A stretch of DNA of 48,227 nucleotides from Chiloscyllium plagiosum. Its lineage: Eukaryota. The stretch covers positions 739,045 through 787,271 of the forward strand of contig NC_057751.1 in the NCBI RefSeq assembly GCF_004010195.1. Direction: 5' to 3'. The translations under genes were made by a program, and so were the position numbers. Below are positions 1-11,079 of this stretch, one piece after another (position 1 is the stretch's first letter; every line of letters begins with the position of its first letter). The notes below the pieces were generated by a model. It had not been told where the DNA came from, did no database searches, and worked only from the letters and a program-made list of their open reading frames with translations.

Positions 1-770
1 TTGTACAGGTCCCATCTTCCCCAGAATGCAGTCCAATTGTCCAAATATCTGAAGCCTTCCCTCCTACACCAGCCTTGCAGCCATGTGTTCAACTGCACTC
101 TCTCCCTGTTCCTAGCCTCACTGTCATGTGGCACTGGCAACAACCCAGAGATGACGACTCTGTCTGTCCTAGCTTTTAGCTTCCAGCCTAATTCCCTGAG
201 CTCCTGAATGACCTCCCCACCCCTCTTCCTACCTATGTTGTTGGTGCCAATGTGCACCACGACTTCTGGCTGCACACCCTCCCCCTTAAGGATTCTGAAG
301 ACACAGTCCGAGACATCTCGGACCCTGGCACCCGGGAGGCAACAAACCATCCGAGAGTCTCGCCCATGTCCACAGAACCGCCTGTCTGTCCCTCTAAGTA
401 TAGAGCCGGACTTCGTGCCAGAGACCCGGTCACTGCAGCTTACCCCTGCTTGGCCATCCCCCCCAACAGTATCCAAAGCGATATATTTATTGTTGAGGGG
501 ATCGACCACAGGGGATCCCTGCACTGCCTGCTTCCTCCCCTTCCCACCTCTAACTGTTACCCAGCTACCTCTGTTCTCTGGCGTAACTATGTCCCTGTAG
601 CCTCTATCTATCACCCTCTCAGCCTCTCGAATAATCCTCAGTTCATCCAACTCCAGCTCCAGTTCCCTAACGCGGTCTGTGAGGAGCTGGAGCTGGCTGC
701 ACTTCCTGCAGATGAAGTCGGCAGGAGCATTGGTGGTCACCCCTCCCTCAAACATCCTGCAGGAGGAACA
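1..770 (-). mobile_element. CR1 LINE ORF1 region (zinc finger/coiled coil plus SGNH esterase-like part), degenerate, runs off window start
   Basis: Minus strand reads CSSCRMFE..DFICRKCSQLQLLTDRVRELELELDELRIIREAERVIDRGYRDIVTP, homologous to the CR1 ORF1 at 45636-45926; frameshifted esterase remnants lie downstream. Confidence 0.85.
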
Positions 771-1223
771 TAAAGCATGATTTCATTTTGTTAGTTGCCA
801 TGTTGAGTGACTTTCATATGCCCTTCTCTAGTTTCTGATATGACGCTTGTAGCTGCAAAACACACATAGCTGCTGGTCTGTGTGAAGAAAAACCCAGAGA
901 CAGCAATGGGCTGAAGAATCGTCCTAAGCCTGGTTGAGAGAGAGATGTTAGTCAGGACAATCTCCTCTCTGAAATCTTGTTGATTATTTTGTTTTATTGT
1001 TTCATTTACTTCCACATGTGTAACCACTGCTATCACTCAGCGCCCAGTTCTGGGCAGGTTTAACTGTCTTCTGCAATAAGTAAAACTAAGGTGCAATCTT
1101 CTGCTTATCTATTGTATAACAGGCTCGAGAGGTTGAATGGATTCCTCCTGTTTTCCAAGTTTGATCCTGATCACAAGAAGTATCCGTTTAAATAAAATCC
1201 TGTCCCAATGTTCCTACTTACAG

Positions 1224-1448
1224 AATCGTGCAATGGCAACGAGACTGCAACTCTCCAGACACGTGATAGTCTGCATCTTCGGGGAAGCACAGTACCCTGG
1301 GATAGGGCTGCGCAACTTTGTTATGCCTCTACGGGCAAGCAGCTTCGCCTACGATGAACTCAAGGCCATTGTGTTTGTGGGCTCTCTGGATTACATAAAC
1401 CAGGAGTGGCCAACCATCAGCAACTTCCCCAAGATCTTCATTTTACCG
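1224..1448 (+). CDS. KCNU1: Slo3/KCNU1-like K+ channel exon (start of RCK2), 225 nt, phase 0-0
   Basis: ttacag|AATCGT...TTACCG|gtaagt; NRAMATRLQLSRHVIVCIFGEAQYPGIGLRNFVMPLRASSFAYDELKAIVFVGSLDYINQEWPTISNFPKIFILP aligns to the Slo1 HVVVCIFG..GLRNLVMPLRAS exon; LRNFVMPLRAS and GSLDY are Slo3-type. Exon is secure; KCNU1 orthology is inferred. Confidence 0.85.
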
Positions 1449-1634
1449 GTAAGTGCAAGAGCAAGAGACACTCTTATTCCTTAGCAGGCTGAACAACGTG
1501 GAATGTCCCTGTGAGCACAGAGAGGGATATTGATACATGAAATGCAGGCCACAACATCATCTCCAAATTAGAAGATCAGGGCATTAAGACCTAAGATTTG
1601 ATTACATCATTTCAGAACAATCGCTTTCAAAAAG

Positions 1635-1905
1635 CGAAAATTTGCATTTCCACCACACCTTTCACAATCTCGGGACAAGTTGAATCATTTTACAATCAAT
1701 AAAGTTGAACCAGACTGAAGCCAAAACTGTGAAGCAGTCAAAGCAGATATTCAGTCTACAGCAAGCTCCCATAAACAGTAATGAGTATATGAATGATTTC
1801 TGGTCATCCCACAGTCCCAATGTGCATCAGAGGATAAACATAGCCTCAAGTTGACATCCAAAGGTGCAGTAGTCTCTCAGTACTGACTTTTGGACAGTGC
1901 AGTAC
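1635..1905 (-). mobile_element. Degenerate Deu-domain SINE (SacSINE1-like) fragment
   Basis: ttgcattt..cacctttcacaatctcgggac tail and cagtactga/cagtgcag Deu-like core in reverse; similar to other copies in the window. Confidence 0.5.
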
Positions 1906-2177
1906 ATCTTATCAAATAATTCAGTGACAGTGCAGCAGAACTCATTGCTAACCCTGTTATTATTTTGTGGGTCTTCCTTTGTGCAAATTACCTGCCATGT
2001 TTGTGACAGGACAAAAATTAGAGTATCTGACTAGCCGTGAAAACACTTAGAGATATACACTTTCTCTCTCACTTGCTGCATTGGCTTTTTGTTGTCAGAA
2101 CAAGCATAGTCAGTGTTTTAGAATCTTTGAATATTGATAAAAGATTATGTCTCATGACCTTATGGCCTTTGATACAG

Positions 2178-2379
2178 GGCTCACCATTATGTCGTGCTGA
2201 TTTAAAAGCAGTTGGCATCAGTTCCTGCGACATGACCGTCATTATCTCATCAAATCGGACCAATTTGCAGGAGAAGACCCTGGAAGACAAGGAGTGTATC
2301 TTAGCAACACTCAATCTCAAGGCAATGCTTTTTGAAGAATCCATGGACATCAGTGACATGTTATTGGAATCTGCTGCAG
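2178..2379 (+). CDS. KCNU1: Slo3/KCNU1-like exon (RCK2), 202 nt, phase 0-1
   Basis: atacag|GGCTCA...GCTGCAG|gtacct; GSPLCRADLKAVGISSCDMTVIISSNRTNLQEKTLEDKECILATLNLKAMLF aligns to Slo1 [40 protein letters not shown]. Confidence 0.88.
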
Positions 2380-2449
2380 GTACCTTTGCTTACGAGCTGA
2401 ATGTTTAAGAAATTTTAAGTTATGAGATATTAAAGTACCTTGATGTAGT

Positions 2450-2675
2450 TGAAATAACTCAGCAGAGGCCAATACGCTGTCACCAAGTCACCCTTTATTT
2501 GCACAAGGACAGTCCTTGACACTGGTCTGGCTTCCACAGAACCAGCTCTCACGAGTGAACAGGATGTCGAACACTCCTGCTCTTCTCTGTCAGCAAAGGC
2601 TCCCTGATTGGACCAGATTGGACATGGAGCTCATATTTTCAGGTCTACCTGATTGACCTCATTGTAATCACAACA
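2450..2675 (-). mobile_element. Probable solo LTR (226 bp)
   Basis: TG...CA termini (tgaaataac...atcacaaca); 5-bp flanks gtagt/ggagt (4/5 match, TSD-like); on the minus strand two CCAAT boxes followed by AATAAA. Confidence 0.5.
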
Positions 2676-2689
2676 GGAGTAACTTGCCG

Positions 2690-3240
2690 AGTGACGGGTG
2701 GTTTAAACTACATTATTCGGAGAATAATAAGCTAGCAAAGAAGAATAAGGCCAATAAAGTGAAAATGTTGAACAGTCATCAGCAAGGAAGTACGACTTTT
2801 CATACTGGAACAGATGAAGGAGGACTATGATGAATACAGAGATAGGTTTCGATTGCACTTATGTAAGTGGACAAACTGCAGAATTCAGTTCGTGAACTTC
2901 AAACACAAATAGCCTCATATAGAGAATGGAAACAGGTGAAGTTGAGACAGAATTGGGCACTACATATTGCAAGATACAATGTGTTTCAAAAAGATACACA
3001 ACACAGAAAAGAAAATGGTATAGCAGCACTGATTCGCAAAGACATTGCAATGTTGGAAAAAGACAGGGACCCATGCTGGGCAAGGACAGAATCCATTTTG
3101 CTATATTTCAGAAGGTAGGAAAGGAAGACTATAACTTTGGGATCTTCATAGGTCTCCAGATAATGATGGAGAAATAAAGGAGCAAATCTGCAAGGAAATC
3201 AAAGACATATGCACAAAAGAACACAATTTGAACATTGGGA
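2690..3240 (+). mobile_element. Old CR1 fragment (ORF1/ORF2 junction and APE endonuclease N-terminus)
   Basis: ggtttaaacta junction motif shared with other CR1 copies; remnant ..ELQTQI..WALHIARYNVFQKD..GIAALIRKDI resembles CR1 endonuclease. Confidence 0.55.
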
Positions 3241-3924
3241 ATCTTTAATGACCAAAACACTGGTTGGTGCAGCATCAGAACATGGCTGATCTGCATCTGA
3301 AGCTGGAAACTAGTCAGGTACATCATCTATTAAATGCTGCACACCCCCAAATTGAAGGGCTGGGGATGATGAGAATAGGTAAGAGGGAGGAGAGTGGATG
3401 TCAGGACAAATCTACTATGACAGGGCTTCAGATGTACACTTCTCCATGATAAGGAGATGACATTTCTAAATGAAATGTGAGTTGACTTTCTTTTCTGTAC
3501 ATCAGACTCTGTAGTCTTAATTACTCGACTTGTCTTATCTCAGTGTTTATTGTACAAACCAGAAGAGTAGAACAGAATATCAGACACCAAAACATGAATT
3601 AACATGCACTACAACTGACAGCCACTGGAAGTGTGCCAACTGAGAAATGAGCCAGTGATAACTCAGTTAATTAGGTACCAATCCTTTGGTGTTCATGTTC
3701 AATCACACACCAGACAGTGGGCTACAGCTGTGAGATTCTCAATGATTTTGATTTTCCTTTTCAATCAAGGATCAGATACTCAGACCACATAATGAGATGT
3801 GTTAATTATGATCAAATGGGCAGTGCTCTCTTCTCTGACAAAGGAGGTCAAGGATGTTCACCCCTTTCCCGAGTTGGTCTTGGGTAAAACGCCCGCCTTA
3901 GTACAGAGTGTAACACTGAGTAAG

Positions 3925-4110
3925 TCAGGGGGTCAGTACTGAGGGAGCGCCGCACTGTCACAGGGTCAGTCCTGAAAGTGTGCTGTGCTGTCACAAGGTC
4001 AGAACTGAGGGAGCACCACTTCGACTGAGCACTGCACTATTGGAGGGTCCATACAGAGGGAGTGCCACACTGTCGGAGGGTCAGTACTGAAGGAATTCTG
4101 TGCTATTAGA
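3925..4110 (+). repeat. ~33-bp minisatellite (about 5-6 degenerate units) from the Deu-SINE core
   Basis: Recurring unit gtcagtactgagggagtgccgcactgtcggagg. Confidence 0.7.
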
Positions 4111-4224
4111 GTATCTGTTAAATGCCTTACATTCTGTTGCTGCTTTCAAGTAACAGAATCTCTTATCGGCTGTTTAACCTAGAGAGCCAGCCAATGTTTT
4201 TAAAATCATGACAGAGAAACAAAG

Positions 4225-4490
4225 AGAGGCCTGAACGCCATCAGTCCATCAAATCTGCTTCTCCCTTCAACAGATCATGGCAAATTTGATAATCCTCAAC
4301 TCCAATTTCTTGCCTTTTTCCCATAACCCTTAATCCCCTTGCTGATGAAAACTCTGTTTCTGACAGTTTGAATACACTTAACAACTCAGCCTTGACAGTG
4401 CTCTGTGGTAAATACATTCCATGGAATGACTGAGAGAAGAAAGTTTCTTTACTTATCTGGAATTAGGATGGTGAGCCTGTCCCCTGGTCA
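4225..4490 (-). mobile_element. Old CR1 3'-end fragment
   Basis: ccatcagtccatcaaatctgct..gatcatggc..ccccataaccctt resembles the reverse of the CR1 3' tail at 8300-8430. Confidence 0.55.
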
Positions 4491-4746
4491 TTAATGGCCC
4501 ATTTAGGGAAAATCACTGGCAAGTGACTGGTCCTCACACAGCATGGGTTGACCATCCGTGTTTGTGCTTGACAGCAAGGACCATGAAACCAATGGGCAAT
4601 TCCTACCCCACATGTTTACTGGGTTAGTAACATTGTGTGTACCTGTGATCTTTATGGGACATGTATTCAAACCAAGGCCATTGAGAAACCATTGTATCAT
4701 AACTTGTTCCAAAATACTTTACTCACAATTAACAATTGTCTCACAG

Positions 4747-4824
4747 GAAATGATCATCCAAGTGCTGATATATCGACCGTCGAGAACAAGCATTACTACA
4801 GAATTCCTGTCATCACCGCACTTG
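4747..4824 (+). CDS. KCNU1: Slo3/KCNU1-like short exon (RCK2 linker), 78 nt, phase 1-1
   Basis: tcacag|GAAATG...GCACTTG|gtaaat; (G)NDHPSADISTVENKHYYRIPVITAL(V); IPVITAL matches Slo1 IPIITEL and the phases join both neighbouring exons. Confidence 0.8.
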
Positions 4825-5009
4825 GTAAATGCTTATGTCTTTCTAAAGTCTGTTTAAAGTGATCTATAAATTTCTCATCACAATCAGACTGCAGTTACAC
4901 TCCAGTAATAATCTCTGGCTTCAACTCAGAGCGCAAACTTTGAAACCCCAAGGATTCTGAAACAAGCATGAAATCAGGAACAGGACATTGTTGTCAATGT
5001 GAGTACTGA

Positions 5010-6375
5010 GTCACAATTAAGTAGAATGGATGGCTTTGAGGTATGTAGAGAAGAGGTGTTGGAAATTCTGGAAAGGGTGAAAATAGATAAGCCCCCTGGG
5101 CCTGATGGCATTTATCCTAGGATTCTCCGGGAAGCAAGGGAGGAGATTGCAGAACCATTGGCCTTGATTTTTATGTCCTCGATGTCTACAGGAGTAGTGC
5201 CAGAAGATTGGAGGCTAGCAAATGTGGTTCCCTTGTTCAAGAAGGGGAATAGGGATAACCCTAGTAACTATAGGCCGGTGAGTCTCACTTCTGTTGTGGG
5301 CAAAGTCTAAGAGAGAATTGTAAGGGATAGGATTTATGAACATCTGGATAGGAATAATGTGATCAAGGATAGTCAGCAAGGTTTTGTGAAGGGCANNNNN
5401 NNNNNNNNNNNNNNNNNNNNNNNNNNNNNNNNNNNNNNNNNNNNNNNNNNNNNNNNNNNNNNNNNNNNNNNNNNNNNNNNNNNNNNNNNNNNNNNNNNNN
5501 NNNNNNNNNNNNNNNNNNNNNNNNNNNNNNNNNNNNNNNNNNNNNNNNNNNNNNNNNNNNNNNNNNNNNNNNNNNNNNNNNNNNNNNNNNNNNNNNNNNN
5601 NNNNNNNNNNNNNNNNNNNNNNNNNNNNNNNNNNNNNNNNNNNNNNNNNNNNNNNNNNNNNNNNNNNNNNNNNNNNNNNNNNNNNNNNNNNNNNNNNNNN
5701 NNNNNNNNNNNNNNNNNNNNNNNNNNNNNNNNNNNNNNNNNNNNNNNNNNNNNNNNNNNNNNNNNNNNNNNNNNNNNNNNNNNNNNNNNNNNNNNNNNNN
5801 NNNNNNNNNNNNNNNNNNNNNNNNNNNNNNNNNNNNNNNNNNNNNNNNNNNNNNNNNNNNNNNNNNNNNNNNNNNNNNNNNNNNNNNNNNNNNNNNNNNN
5901 NNNNNNNNNNNNNNNNNNNNNNNNNNNNNNNNNNNNNNNNNNNNNNNNNNNNNNNNNNNNNNNNNNNNNNNNNNNNNNNNNNNNNNNNNNNNNNNNNNNN
6001 NNNNNNNNNNNNNNNNNNNNNNNNNNNNNNNNNNNNNNNNNNNNNNNNNNNNNNNNNNNNNNNNNNNNNNNNNNNNNNNNNNNNNNNNNNNNNNNNNNNN
6101 NNNNNNNNNNNNNNNNNNNNNNNNNNNNNNNNNNNNNNNNNNNNNNNNNNNNNNNNNNNNNNNNNNNNNNNNNNNNNNNNTGAGTTCATGGAATGCCTTG
6201 CCAGTAGCAGTGGTGGACTCTCCCCCCTATTATGGGTATTTAAGCGGGCATTGGATAGGCATATGGAGGATAGTGGGCTAGTGTAGGTTAGGTGGGCTTG
6301 GATCGGCACAACATCGAGGGCCGAAGGGCCTGTACTGCGCTGTATTCTTCTATGTCCTATGTTCTATGTTCTATG
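5010..6375 (+). mobile_element. 5'-truncated CR1 LINE (RT region and 3' tail) spanning a gap
   Basis: PGPDGIYPRILRE..VPEDWRLANVVPLFKKG..NYRPVSLTSVVGK, internal stop at 5308-5310; tail ends in (ttctatg)n. Confidence 0.9.
5396..6180. other. Assembly gap
   Basis: Run of N. Confidence 1.
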
Positions 6376-6391
6376 AGTGCACGGGCTGTGT

Positions 6392-6575
6392 GGTCTTAGC
6401 TGTGGCTCTGAGAGTAATACTTTCATCTTTGACACTGTTGGTTGTGAGTGACAGTCCCGCTCCAGAGTCTTGAGCAGATTATTTCCGCTAACATTAACTG
6501 TGAAGCTATGAGGCAGTGCTTCACTGTCCGAGATTCCATTTGTCAGATGAGACATCCCTCTCAGGTGGATGTTCG
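6392..6575 (+). mobile_element. Degenerate tRNA-derived Deu-domain SINE
   Basis: gctgtggctc head, cccgctccagagtcttgagc, gaggcagtgcttcactgtc, cagatgagac..ccctctcaggtggatgt. Confidence 0.55.
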
Positions 6576-8040
6576 ATGGAGGAGTTGTTGGCTCAGCCAG
6601 TATTTATTGTCCATCTCCAGTTGCTGTTGAGGTGGTCATTAAACCTTACCTTCCAAACCTTTGTCTATCCAACTCCTTTTCTGGAGAGATACTGACCTTT
6701 ATCCACCAAATTACATCAGAATGACCAAAAATTGAGGAAAACAAAGCAGCCTTTTGGGGGCACTGTCACTTTATTTTAAAAAAGATAAAGAAAAACTTGC
6801 AAAATCAAAATTTAATTTGATTTCATTTCTGGCCCTGTGGTACCCAATGCCCTTGAAAATCCTCAAGTGTGCCACTGAACATTGTGCGCTTCCTCTCCAA
6901 GGGCATACGCACAGCTCAGAAAAAGGCTAACAGTGTGAAATTACGGTCCCTTCCATAGCTCACTGCCTGGGACTATTAATATTAATATTAATATTCATGA
7001 ATCGAGGAGGTCTTCTGACCCGACACACCCCCTGGATCAGATGTCCAAAAACCAGGTGCATGGAGGTGAATTGCAAACAAAAGTCTAGAAACAGGCATCT
7101 CGAAAAAGAAAGGGGCAAACTTCCCACAGCCAAGGTATATGTGGATCCTGGACTTTGCAGCACTCAAGAAAATGCAGTAGGCATAAATAGAGATGAACTT
7201 ACAGCTGGTGGTGTTCCCCTATATGGCTGTCCATGTCTTTCTCGATGGTAGTGGAAGTGGTTTTCAAAGGTGTTGTCACAGGAGAACTGGTAAATTTCTG
7301 CAGTGCATCTTGTAAATGATACACACTAGTCCCACTATTGGTGGTAGAGGGAGGGGATGTTTGAGTGTGGTGCTAATGAAAGGGGTGCTTTTTCCTGGAT
7401 GCTGTTAAGTTTCTTATGTTATTGAAGCTGCACCCATCCAGGCAAGTGGGGAGTATTCCATCGCACTCCTGACTTGTGCCTTGTGGATCGTTGACAAGAA
7501 GTCAGGAGTTGAGTTAGTCTCTGTAGAATTCCTAGTCTCTGACCTGTTCTTGTAGCTAATCCTGTTCATTTTCTTGTTAATGGAAATCTCCAGGATGTTG
7601 ATAGTAGGGGAATTCAGTGATGGTACTGCCATTGTATATCAAGGAGCTTTGGTTGGTGTCTTTCTTGCTGGAGGTGGTCATTGCTTGGACTTTGTGTGGC
7701 AGAAGTTACTTGTCACTTGGCAGCCCAAGCCTGAATAGTGTTCAAGTCTTGATGCATTTGGACATAAGCTGCATGAGTATCTGAGAAGTCAGGAATGATG
7801 TTGAACATTTTGCAATCATCAGCAAACATTCCCACTTCTGATCTTATGATGGAGGGAAGGTTTTGATGAAGTAGCTGAAGGTGGTTGGTCCGAGGACACT
7901 ACCCTGATGAACTTCAGCAGAAATGTCCTGGATGTGAAATGATTGATCTTCATCTTCCTTTGTATTTTTGGCTGAAGGTTGTGGAAAATGTTTCAGCCTT
8001 ATTATTTGACAATGATGCACTAGGTTCCTTAATCAATGAG

Positions 8041-8442
8041 AGTTTAGAAGATTAAGGGGAGATCTTATAGAAACTTACAAGATAATACATGGCTTGGAAA
8101 GGGTGGACGCTAGGAAATTGTTTCCGTTAGGTGAGGAGACTAGGACCCGTGGACACAGCCTTAGAATTAGAGGGGGTAAATTCAGAACAGAAATGCGGAG
8201 ACATTTCTTCAGCCAGAGAGTGGTGGGCCTGTGGAATTTATTGCCACAGAGTGCAGTGGAGGCTGGGACGCTAAATGTCTTCAAGGCAGAAATTGATAAA
8301 TTCTTGATGTCACAAGGAATTAAGGGCTACGGGAAGAATGCGGGTAAGTGGAGTTGAAATGCCCATCAGCCAAGATTGAATGGTGGAGTGGACTCGATGG
8401 GCCGAATGGCCTTACGTCCGCTCCTATGTCTTATGGTCTTAT
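8041..8442 (+). mobile_element. 5'-truncated CR1 3' end nested in the older LINE
   Basis: TRGHSLRIRGGKFRTEMRRHFFSQRVVGLWNLLP; (tcttatgg) tail; TSD-like atcaatgag (8032-8040)/atcattgag (8441-8449). Confidence 0.9.
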
Positions 8443-8520
8443 CATTGAGGATGTGAATATTTGGGGAGCCTCCTTCTTATGGTCTTATCATTGAGGATGT
8501 GAATATTTGGGGAGCCTCCT
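8429..8520 (+). repeat. Perfect 46-bp tandem duplication
   Basis: tcttatggtcttatcattgaggatgtgaatatttggggagcctcct at 8429-8474 and 8475-8520. Confidence 0.95.
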
Positions 8521-9903
8521 CCTACAACGTGTTGTTTAATTGTCCACCACCATTTGTGGCTTGAAGTGACAGGACTGTAGAACTTAGATGTCATCTGATC
8601 ATTGTAAGGGTGCTCTGCCATGTCCATTGCATGCTGTTTTTGCAGTGCTTGGTATGTTGTGTGAGTAAACCTTGACCAGGTTTACAGTCCATTTTCAGAC
8701 AAACCTGATGTTGCTCCAGGAGTGTCTTCCTCCACTCTTCATTGAACCAGGATTGATTCCCTGGTTTAATGAGAATGGTAGACTGGGGGATATGCCGGGG
8801 CACAGAACGTGATTGAGTACAATTCTGTTTCTGCTGTTGGTAGCCGCCGGTGCATAATGGATGCCTAGTCTTGAGTTGCTAGATCTGTTTGAAATCTGTC
8901 CCGTTTAGCATGTGGTAATGCCACACATGCTGGAGGGCTTCCACAATGTGAAGGCAGGACCTTGTTTCTGCAAGCATTTTGTGGAGGTCATTCCTACTGA
9001 TTCTGTTATGGACAGACATGTTTGTTATAGGTAGAATGGCGAGGGTATGGTCAGGTATCTCATTTAAGATCAAATGCCTGATCTTTGGACACCCAGTCTG
9101 GGGTGACAGACACGGTTAGAAAACCCTTTCGACTCATTGGTTTCCTCACCACCTGGCACTGGGCCAGTCAGGGAGTTATACCCTTCAGGACTTAGCCAGC
9201 AATTTTACCACAATTAGCAATGAACGTTGAAATCACCCACCCAGAATACATTCAGTGCTCTTACGGCCATCACTGTGCCCTCCCAATGTACTTCAAAATG
9301 TAAGTCAACTAATTCATCAGCCAAGGGGAGGACGTCTGTGTCAATTAGCAGGAGATTTCCATGAGGCTTCTTGGGATCAGGTGTCAATACTGAGGATTCC
9401 CAGGGCAACTCCCTCCTGACTGTACACCGCTGAGGCAGCATTGCTGACGTCACATTATCTGGAAGATTTGATTCTGTGAATATGACTATGTTAGGCCATT
9501 GCTTGACAGTCTGTGACACAGCTCTCCCAAATCGAACACAAGTCTTCCATCTCATCCTGCCCAGGTAAGGAGACCTTTACAGGGTTGACAGGCTGAGTAT
9601 GTTGTTGTCGCTTCTGGTGAGTTGTTTGATGCTGAACATCTGCCTGGTTTTACTCTTTCCATGAAACACTGTAATGGTTCCGTACAATTAAATGGCTGAC
9701 TCAGCCATTTCAGGGACTTCATGGTCGTGTGGCTGGAGTTACATTGACATCAGTTCAGGCAGTACTTCCTTCCCGAAAGAACTTTAATGAATCAGTCGGG
9801 CTCTTATAATACGCAATTCATGGTCATCCCTCAACTACTTTTAATTGCGGGTTAGTGAATTTCAAATTTAATTCAACCCAATATCCTCAGAGCATTAGCT
9901 GGG

Positions 9904-9998
9904 CCTGAAGAAGGGCTTATGCCCGAAACGTCGATTCTCCTGTTCCTTGGATGCTGCCTGACCTGCTGCGCTTTTCCAGCAACACATTTTCACCTCTG
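9904..9998 (+). mobile_element. Short Penelope-derived element with minimal hammerhead core
   Basis: CTGAAGA-A-GGGC-ttat-GCCC-GAAA-CGTC at 9905-9932, then the gatgctgcctgacctgctg tail shared with the Penelope terminus at 18366-18460. Confidence 0.75.
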
Positions 9999-10229
9999 GA
10001 TTACTGGTCCATTAACACTCCCACTATGCCACTGCATCCCTTTGTGTTCAGCATCTCATATTTAATCCTCCGCTAAGGTGATTGAAACTGATCCTCCAGA
10101 ATCATTTATCTCCTTGGCTGCTGGGTTTCCAAAATTGCAAGACGCACCTTATCTCCCTCTCACATTTCTTCAAGGAATTTGAGAGTTGCTACAACACTGT
10201 TTTATTCTCAGCTTCCTTTTTAATTGCAG

Positions 10230-10360
10230 TTCACGATTCCAATGTCCATTTTCTGGATCAGGAGGATCGCGACGATCCCGATACGGATCTTTACCTTACA
10301 CAGCCATATGCCAGTGGATGTGTGTTTGCATCAAATATTTTGAATTCCTTGATGTGCACA
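10230..10360 (+). CDS. KCNU1: Slo3/KCNU1-like Ca2+-bowl exon, 131 nt, phase 1-0
   Basis: ttgcag|TTCACG...TGCACA|gtaagt; (V)[43 protein letters not shown] vs Slo1 [44 protein letters not shown]. Confidence 0.92.
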
Positions 10361-10629
10361 GTAAGTTAAAGAGATACTGCTTTATTTTTTCAAGGCCGTT
10401 GGGATCTCAGCACAGATTAAGCTGAATGAATTGGATCTGAGTGTCGTCACTTGAGGTGAAATTTGGTTGGTTAAAAGATCTGCCCTGGATTTGGAAATCC
10501 TGATAGCTCTCATTAAAAACAAGTTCAAAATATAAGTCCAATTGTTGACTTTTGTACCAGCAAGACAGAGGTATAATTGGGGTCTTGGGATAGTAATTTA
10601 TCTGGGACATAAGAAGAGAAGTGAGTTGT

Positions 10630-10745
10630 GGGCTGTTGTGGCACAATGGTGCCGTTTCGACCTCTGGGTCAGAAGGCCTGCGTTCAAGTTTCACTTGCTC
10701 CAGACGAGTGTCGTAATATGTCTGAATAGGTTCACTAAAAATATC
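10630..10745 (+). mobile_element. Short degenerate tRNA-derived SINE
   Basis: A-box-like gtggcacaatgg and B-box-like gttcaagt. Confidence 0.4.
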
Positions 10746-10804
10746 GCAAGGAGGTGAGGAATGAGATTTGTAAGGTGCAGGGGGACTTCAATGACTTAAT
10801 GGAA

Positions 10805-11045
10805 GATTTAAAAAAAGGCATGAGGAGCAATATTTTTACACAGAGAGTAGTTTGTGTGCAGAATGAGCTTCCAGAGGAAGAAGTGGTTGAGGGTGGTGAT
10901 AATTTTTCAAATACATTTAGGTAGGTACATGAAAAGGAAATGTTTGGAGCTATATAGGCCAAGTACAGGCAGGTGGGATTATGGTTGGCATGGACTGGTT
11001 GGACTGGAGCGTCTGTTTCCATGCTGTATGACTCCATGACTCTAC
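10805..11045 (+). mobile_element. CR1 3'-end fragment
   Basis: tttttacacagagagtag..ctgtttccatgctgtatgactccatgactct tail. Confidence 0.8.
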
Positions 11046-11079
11046 AACTAAACATCTTCAGCTGATTCTTTAATTATCT

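Larger units (their letters stand above)
7200..9720 (-). mobile_element. Degenerate LINE of a second family (CR1/L2 group), endonuclease and RT remnants, interrupted by a CR1
   Basis: Minus-strand remnants HKAQVRSAMEYSPLAWMGAA, WWWTIKQ, WFNEE, WVGDFNVH, IFTES; same family as the + copy at 11080-11920. Confidence 0.7.

Noticed and set aside
3925..4110. CRISPR-like repeat array
   Set aside because: Head-to-tail degenerate units with no unique spacers, eukaryotic context, no cas genes
5215..6309. Long ORFs of 364 and 274 aa (likewise those at 18654-19816 and 45992-46590)
   Set aside because: Artefacts of translating through N gaps
6974..6995. (attaat)n palindromic microsatellite
   Set aside because: Short low-complexity tract with no further support
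4825..10229. Slo1-type alternative exon (second ..ITEL exon) before the Ca bowl
   Set aside because: No matching peptide with splice sites found; 785 bp of this intron is unsequenced
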